From the sequence record OM908436.1: DNA of 39,948 nt; one strand, given 5' to 3'. Source of the stretch: Escherichia phage TM1. The notes under the pieces were generated by a model, which ran no database searches, had not been told where the DNA came from, and worked only from the letters and a program-made list of their open reading frames with translations. Numbering within the stretch: the stretch's first letter is position 1; each line of letters opens with the position of its first letter. Both the position numbers and the translations under genes were made by a program. Below are positions 38,311 to 39,948 of this stretch, piece after piece.

Positions 38311-38572
38311 TACATTTTCTCCATGTGTCGAGTTGGTTAGCGAGACCGTTAAGGAAGCCTGTTGCAGTGTTATACAGTACGTCTTCAGAGTAGTGTCCGA
38401 AGGTCTTAAGCGCGAAGATGTTACCCGCTCTGTCCTCGACTTGAAGTCTCATGCACTCCATCCGAAGATGCGCGTCATACCAGTCCTGCTGTATCACGCA
38501 GAAGTCTAACTGATATAGTCTGTTACACGCTGCTTTGAAAGCGTTTAGGTTGCCACTATAAAGTCGGCCCAT
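38294..38572 (-). CDS. gp1.2: T7 gp1.2-like protein (inhibitor of host dGTPase)
   Basis: MGRLYSGNLNAFKAACNRLYQLDFCVIQQDWYDAHLRMECMRLQVEDRAGN is near-identical to T7 gp1.2 MGRLYSGNLAAFKAATNKLFQLDLAVIYDDWYDAYTRKDCIRLRIEDRSGN. Confidence 0.8.
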   Translation of the reverse strand: MGRLYSGNLNAFKAACNRLYQLDFCVIQQDWYDAHLRMECMRLQVEDRAGNIFALKTFGHYSEDVLYNTATGFLNGLANQLDTWRKCNDYDY

Positions 38573-38576
38573 AGCG

Positions 38577-38756
38577 TTATGCTCCTACGAAGTACTTCTC
38601 TTGGTTTACCAGCGAGTCTTTGCCTTCAGCGTTGCGGAAAGCGCCCTTAACACCACCGCCACGCCTAGTCTTGTTCAGCTTGCGACCCTTCGGAATGTAA
38701 CCTTCAGTCTTCTGACGTTCACGGATGCGCTCGAAGTTGATAGTGTTCTGATACAT
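38577..38756 (-). CDS. gp1.1: T7 gp1.1-like small basic protein (59 aa)
   Basis: GYIPKGRKLNKTRRGGG resembles T7 gp1.1 EATKGRKLNKTKRDRSH; hand-translated, below the ORF-track cutoff. Confidence 0.5.
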   Translation of the reverse strand: MYQNTINFERIRERQKTEGYIPKGRKLNKTRRGGGVKGAFRNAEGKDSLVNQEKYFVGA

Positions 38757-38796
38757 GTGGTTAAATCTCCAGTAGTTTACGTTATGTTAGGGTTAA

Positions 38797-38837
38797 TCAT
38801 GAAGGCCACGACTTTTAGTCATGACCTTGAGTCTAAT
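38797..38837 (-). promoter_or_regulatory. Conserved RNA hairpin at +5 to +40 of the phi1.1-like transcript (candidate RNase III site, R1.1-like)
   Basis: CATGAAGGCCACG-N10-ATGACCTTGAGTCTA; 11-bp stem with two G-U pairs on the transcript strand. Confidence 0.55.
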
Positions 38838-38856
38838 CCTATAGTGATAGTTTAGA
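38834..38856 (-). promoter_or_regulatory. Phage-RNAP promoter (phi1.1-like)
   Basis: TCTAAACTATCACTATA/GGATTA; overlaps the stop of the 157-aa ORF. Confidence 0.65.
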
Positions 38857-39325
38857 TGACGATGCGAGGCCTTACCTGCATGACTGCCTGAATCGCTCGC
38901 TCACGTTCTGCCTCCTCGCCGTAGACTTGCATCAGCTCGTAGTCATACTGGATGCGACCGTCGATGTCTCCGAGTCGGTACTCGAAGTCCTTAGAAGACC
39001 CGTCTGTGTGATACTGGTGGATGGTAATCGTCCGGTCGTCACGCTTAGTCACCTCGAAGTAGTGAACCACCTTTCCACACTTTACAAGGCCTATCTTGAA
39101 CTCAGTTGGCTGATACTTACCATCGAACAGTGCCTTGAACTTGATGCCGACCATACGCTTGATGGTTACAGCCGCTGGTGGCGCTAGGCGCTTACGCTCT
39201 GACTGGTTAAGCTTATCTCGAAGTCTTTGGTGCTCCCTGTTTGCCATCTCAAGGTTGGTGTCCTGCTTCTTAACTAACTTTTCCAGTTCTGCGATACGTG
39301 CTTTAAGTTTTGACTTACCGAACAT
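38852..39325 (-). CDS. Hypothetical protein (157 aa) with N-terminal coiled-coil-like region, between RNAP and gp1.1
   Basis: Heptad-like, charged N-terminus KLKARIAELEKLVKKQDTNLEMANREHQRLRDKL; T7 has no gene of this size here. Confidence 0.5.
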   Translation of the reverse strand: MFGKSKLKARIAELEKLVKKQDTNLEMANREHQRLRDKLNQSERKRLAPPAAVTIKRMVGIKFKALFDGKYQPTEFKIGLVKCGKVVHYFEVTKRDDRTITIHQYHTDGSSKDFEYRLGDIDGRIQYDYELMQVYGEEAERERAIQAVMQVRPRIVI

Positions 39326-39403
39326 AGGGTTAACCTCTTCTGCGTTGGACTAAAGTGAATACTGCTAGTGCTCCCAGCCACAAGGCCAGTAACTGTAGGT
39401 GTG

Positions 39404-39619
39404 TCATTTGGTCTGCTCCAGCTTGGACACTACGTCTTTCAGGTATTTCTCGTGGCTGGATTCCACAAGATAGACGAGGGTCTTGAATGGGACGTTAAGC
39501 TGCTTTGACATCTCGGTAGGAATGACCGTGGTCTTCACCAGACCCTTGCCGTTGTGTTCTGTTACGGTCACGATTTGAGTCCCACCCTTTACGCCAGCCT
39601 GCTTGTGTGCAAATTTCAT
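39404..39619 (-). CDS. Hypothetical protein (71 aa) immediately downstream of the RNAP gene
   Basis: ORF starting 13 nt after the RNAP stop; no recognised motif. Confidence 0.45.
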   Translation of the reverse strand: MKFAHKQAGVKGGTQIVTVTEHNGKGLVKTTVIPTEMSKQLNVPFKTLVYLVESSHEKYLKDVVSKLEQTK

Positions 39620-39631
39620 AACTCTCTCCTG

Positions 39632-39948
39632 TTAAGCGAATGCAAAGTCTGAAGACAAGATGTCTTCGATATTCAGTTTACCTTTCTTCGGAAGCTCAGG
39701 CAATTTGTCGCGCTGGCTCTCGTGGAGCTGGTATTCAAACTGCTCGTAGAAGTCAAGCAGCACATCGTTATCGCGGTAGGTCTCTACCATCGTCTCACGG
39801 ACGCCACGGAACAGATACTCAGCGTCAGCCGGGATGGTCCCGAAGCTATCGTGAATCACTGCGAATGACATCACGCCATATTTGCGGTGCGTGTGGACTA
39901 CAGTCTTGCGGAGGTGGCTACCATCTTGTGAGTGGACGAAGTTCGGGC
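39632..39948 (-). CDS. gp1: T7-type RNA polymerase, C-terminal part (stop codon 39632-39634); same gene as 1-2492
   Basis: HDSFGTIPADAEYLFRGVRETMVETY...LHESQRDKLPELPKKGKLNIEDILSSDFAFA matches the T7 RNAP C-terminus HDSFGTIPADAANLFKAVRETMVDTY...LRDILESDFAFA. Confidence 0.92.
   Translation of the reverse strand, partial: PNFVHSQDGSHLRKTVVHTHRKYGVMSFAVIHDSFGTIPADAEYLFRGVRETMVETYRDNDVLLDFYEQFEYQLHESQRDKLPELPKKGKLNIEDILSSDFAFA
39822..39948. repeat. Exact duplicate of window bases 1-127 (assembly overlap)
   Basis: See feature at 1-127. Confidence 0.8.

Overview
The window is an essentially complete genome of a virulent T7-like podophage (Autographiviridae, Studiervirinae-like), about 39.8 kb, given as the reverse complement of the conventional map: every gene I can support is on the minus strand. 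It is circularly permuted, with the break inside the RNA polymerase gene: bases 1-127 are identical to 39822-39948, which looks like an assembler k-mer overlap rather than a biological terminal repeat. The true genome ends most likely lie in the 1.6-kb non-coding stretch at about 4763-6395. Read from high to low coordinate, the gene order follows T7 (from memory of T7 protein sequences): early genes including Ocr, then RNA polymerase (wrapping 2492..1 and 39948..39632), gp1.1, gp1.2, ligase, gp2, SSB, endonuclease I, lysozyme, primase-helicase, DNA polymerase, gp5.5, gp5.7, exonuclease, portal, scaffold, capsid 10A/10B, Tphi terminator, gp11, gp12, gp14, gp15, gp16, tail fiber, holin, small terminase, spanins, large terminase. 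Eleven copies of a phage-RNAP promoter with its own consensus (ACTWAACTATCACTATAGGGAGA) and a family of seven conserved RNA hairpins (candidate RNase III sites) are visible. I did not find a recognisable multi-gene defence or anti-defence system. What departs from T7 is a set of single accessory genes: no gp0.7 kinase and four unrecognised early genes; two unknown genes between the polymerase and gp1.1; a 149-aa acidic protein where T7 has gp5.9; two HNH endonucleases; an ASCH/DUF3850-like gene between gp11 and gp12; and a tail fiber whose T7-like N-terminus is fused to an unrelated beta-helix-like domain. No tRNA, CRISPR array, integrase or repressor was seen. All homology statements are from memory and pattern recognition; no database search was run, and hand-derived coordinates may be off by a few bases.
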